Translations under genes and position numbers: made by a program
From: Vicugna vicugna
Lineage: Eukaryota
Direction: 5' to 3'
Assembly (NCBI GenBank): GCA_013265495.1
Contig: MU058384.1
Location: 2,765,010-2,829,009 of the forward strand
DNA: 64,000 bases
The notes under the pieces: model-generated
The model's input: only the letters and a program-made list of their open reading frames with translations
Told to the model about the DNA's origin: nothing
Databases searched by the model: none
In this document: in pieces, positions 62,011 to 64,000 of the stretch
Layout: each line of letters starts with the position of its first letter
Numbering within the stretch: position 1 is the first letter of the stretch

Positions 62011-62359
62011 ATTAGAAAAGGATGTTTTCAAAATTTAATCTGATAAAATCCATTAAAAATTGACTATTTCGTCCAGCAGTCCACTAGAAATGGGAGACAA
62101 GAACTAACCCTCCATTTAACACTTTTCCTTACATCCAAAGATTATTAGAGTTTTCTTTCATTCCTGTCTTCTCTGCTGAAATCACCCCTGGTTGTTTAGC
62201 CTTTTCCAGGAGGTGTGCCCTGTAAACCTTTCACCTTTGTTGTTGCTCAGTGCTGGAGCTGACGTTGATTTTCATGTCTTTATAAACTGTGAACAACCAT
62301 GTGTGTGCCCTAAAACTGTCACCACTCCCTCTGTGCCTGGCTTGAGACAACTCAACACA

Positions 62360-62650
62360 GCAATGAATATTTTCACTGTGTTCCAGGCACTGTTTTCTGA
62401 ATGTAGACTCTCATTAGATAACAGACAAAAAGCAAGAGGATTTGTACTCTAGCAGCAGAGACAGACAGTAAGCAATGAACATATCAAATAAGTAAATTAT
62501 ATGCATTTGCAAATGATAACTGCTAAGGAAAAAGACCAATAGACGTGGACTTAGGAGGTTGGCAGTGAGAGTTGCAATTTTAAATAGAGTGTTCAGGGTA
62601 GGCCTCTTTGAGAAAGTGACATTTAGACTAAGACTTAAAAGAGGCTGTTA
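62360..62650 (-). mobile_element. L2 fragment
   Basis: ctgtgttccaggcactgtt...agacagacagtaagca...cagggtaggcctctttgagaaagtgacatttag. Confidence 0.8.
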
Positions 62651-62894
62651 TGGGAAATGACCTTGATGCAGTAGAAACTTCCAAGTACCAGGCAAGCTCT
62701 TCTGCTATGGAAAGGCTTACAGGCCAAATAAAGATGTTCAAATCATATAGATTATTGAACCACTTAAAACACATGGAAAGTAGCAAGAGGAAAAAGATGA
62801 TATGAGTTAACATACCTAAGGTGATGTATATGACGTGTAAACTTGGTAGAGGGCTCACACTGTATGAATTCTAGGTTGTGCAATGTTAATATGT

Positions 62895-62926
<32 letters not shown>
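62895..62926. repeat. (CT)n(CA)n microsatellite
   Basis: Seen directly. Confidence 0.9.
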
Positions 62927-63399
62927 CAGCCTTCTCACTGATAGGAAGGTGATGGGGCCAGACTTTAACTTAACCCAGAGACTCAGTAGACAGAAGATGC
63001 CTGGGGCCAACACATACTTGCATTATCAGCGGCTCAAGGCCAAGCGCTCTTGGCCAGTACCTGTGGCTCGTATATTAGACCACTGAGCAGCTCTGAGATT
63101 TTTCTGGTTTTCTTGGGTGGAACATCTGCAGAGCTAGAGTGGGGACCATAGCTGTCAACTTGGTGGTGGCACAGTCAGGACCTCACTGCTTGTTCATTCC
63201 ATCCCTTTCTTTATAGAAATAACACTCTTGATTATTCCATGATTTTAAAACCATATATCTCACTCATGATGTCTACTTTAACGTGTCTCAGAGGATACTT
63301 ACTATATTTAACATACCTTAGGAGTTTTCTCCATCCCATTGTTTTTTTTTTTTTCTCATCTTTCTGGGCAGAATTGAATATTCTCTACTAATGGAGTAA

Positions 63400-63950
63400 A
63401 CACACATTGCAGGGGTGAAGGAGTTAGCCATGAGGGTACCAGGCAGAAGAGTGCCCTGGGGAGAGTAATGGCAAAGGTGAGCCGTGCCTGGGTGTGTCCG
63501 GAGCATTGGGAACAGGGTGGCCGGGCTGGAGTGAGCGGGTGAGTGGAGACTAGCAGGAGAAGAGGTCAGCTTTTGCTGGGCCTCATGGCTGTGGTAAGAA
63601 CTGTGTCTGTCATATGGATACAAATCCATCCTTCACCGAATTACATCGTCAACTTTATTTTTCCATCCTCTAGGAATTACCCTTTACTCACAGAGGAGGG
63701 AAATCACAGTCGTGCAGTGTCATGGAAGCCAGAGAGAGTTTCAAAAAGAGGTCAACTGTGTCAGCCGTCACTGAAATGACTTTGATAAACAATAGACTCT
63801 GGGGGATGATGAGAACGGGGTGGAAGAAAAGGCCATTTGAATTAGCAATAAAGATGTCATTGGTGACCTTCAGGGGACAGGTTTCGATGAAGCAGTGAGG
63901 GCAGAGGCTGAGTGTGAGTGTCACAAAGGAAACATGTGGGGAGGAAATGG
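63400..63950 (-). mobile_element. L2 fragments
   Basis: gtgcctgggtgtgtccggagc...ggctggagtgag; gtgtcatggaagccagagagag; gtcattggtgaccttcaggggacaggtttc. Confidence 0.75.
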
Positions 63951-64000
63951 ATGTATTGCTTCCTCAGGCCTGGTGACCTTTGTGCCTCATGGCTGCTGAT

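Overview
This is mammalian genomic DNA with no protein-coding exon, rRNA or true tRNA gene that I can support, so it reads as intergenic or deep-intronic sequence. The species is very probably a camelid (camel, alpaca or llama). Four copies of a tRNA(Ala)-like SINE match my recollection of the camelid vic-1 type, young cetartiodactyl-type L1 3' ends are present, and I saw no Alu, Bov-A/BovB or PRE-1 elements. Roughly half the window is recognisable interspersed repeat: L1 of several ages, HAL1, L2, MIR, ERVL/MaLR/ERV1 LTRs, two ERVL internal remnants (gag; RNase H/integrase), and hAT/Tigger DNA elements. The ORF track entries are short and non-informative or decayed repeat fragments. Points of interest: a two-LTR ERVL provirus remnant (1.3-3.9 kb); a twin-primed inverted L1; a candidate short L1 3' transduction; a 3 x 26-bp tandem repeat that creates octamer motifs; a borderline CpG island next to a MER21-type LTR; two divergently oriented CTCF-like motifs; and repeat-poor, homeodomain-motif-rich blocks that may be enhancers. 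Repeat family names come from recalled consensus sequences, not a database search, and most boundaries are approximate. I found no evidence of a novel coding system.
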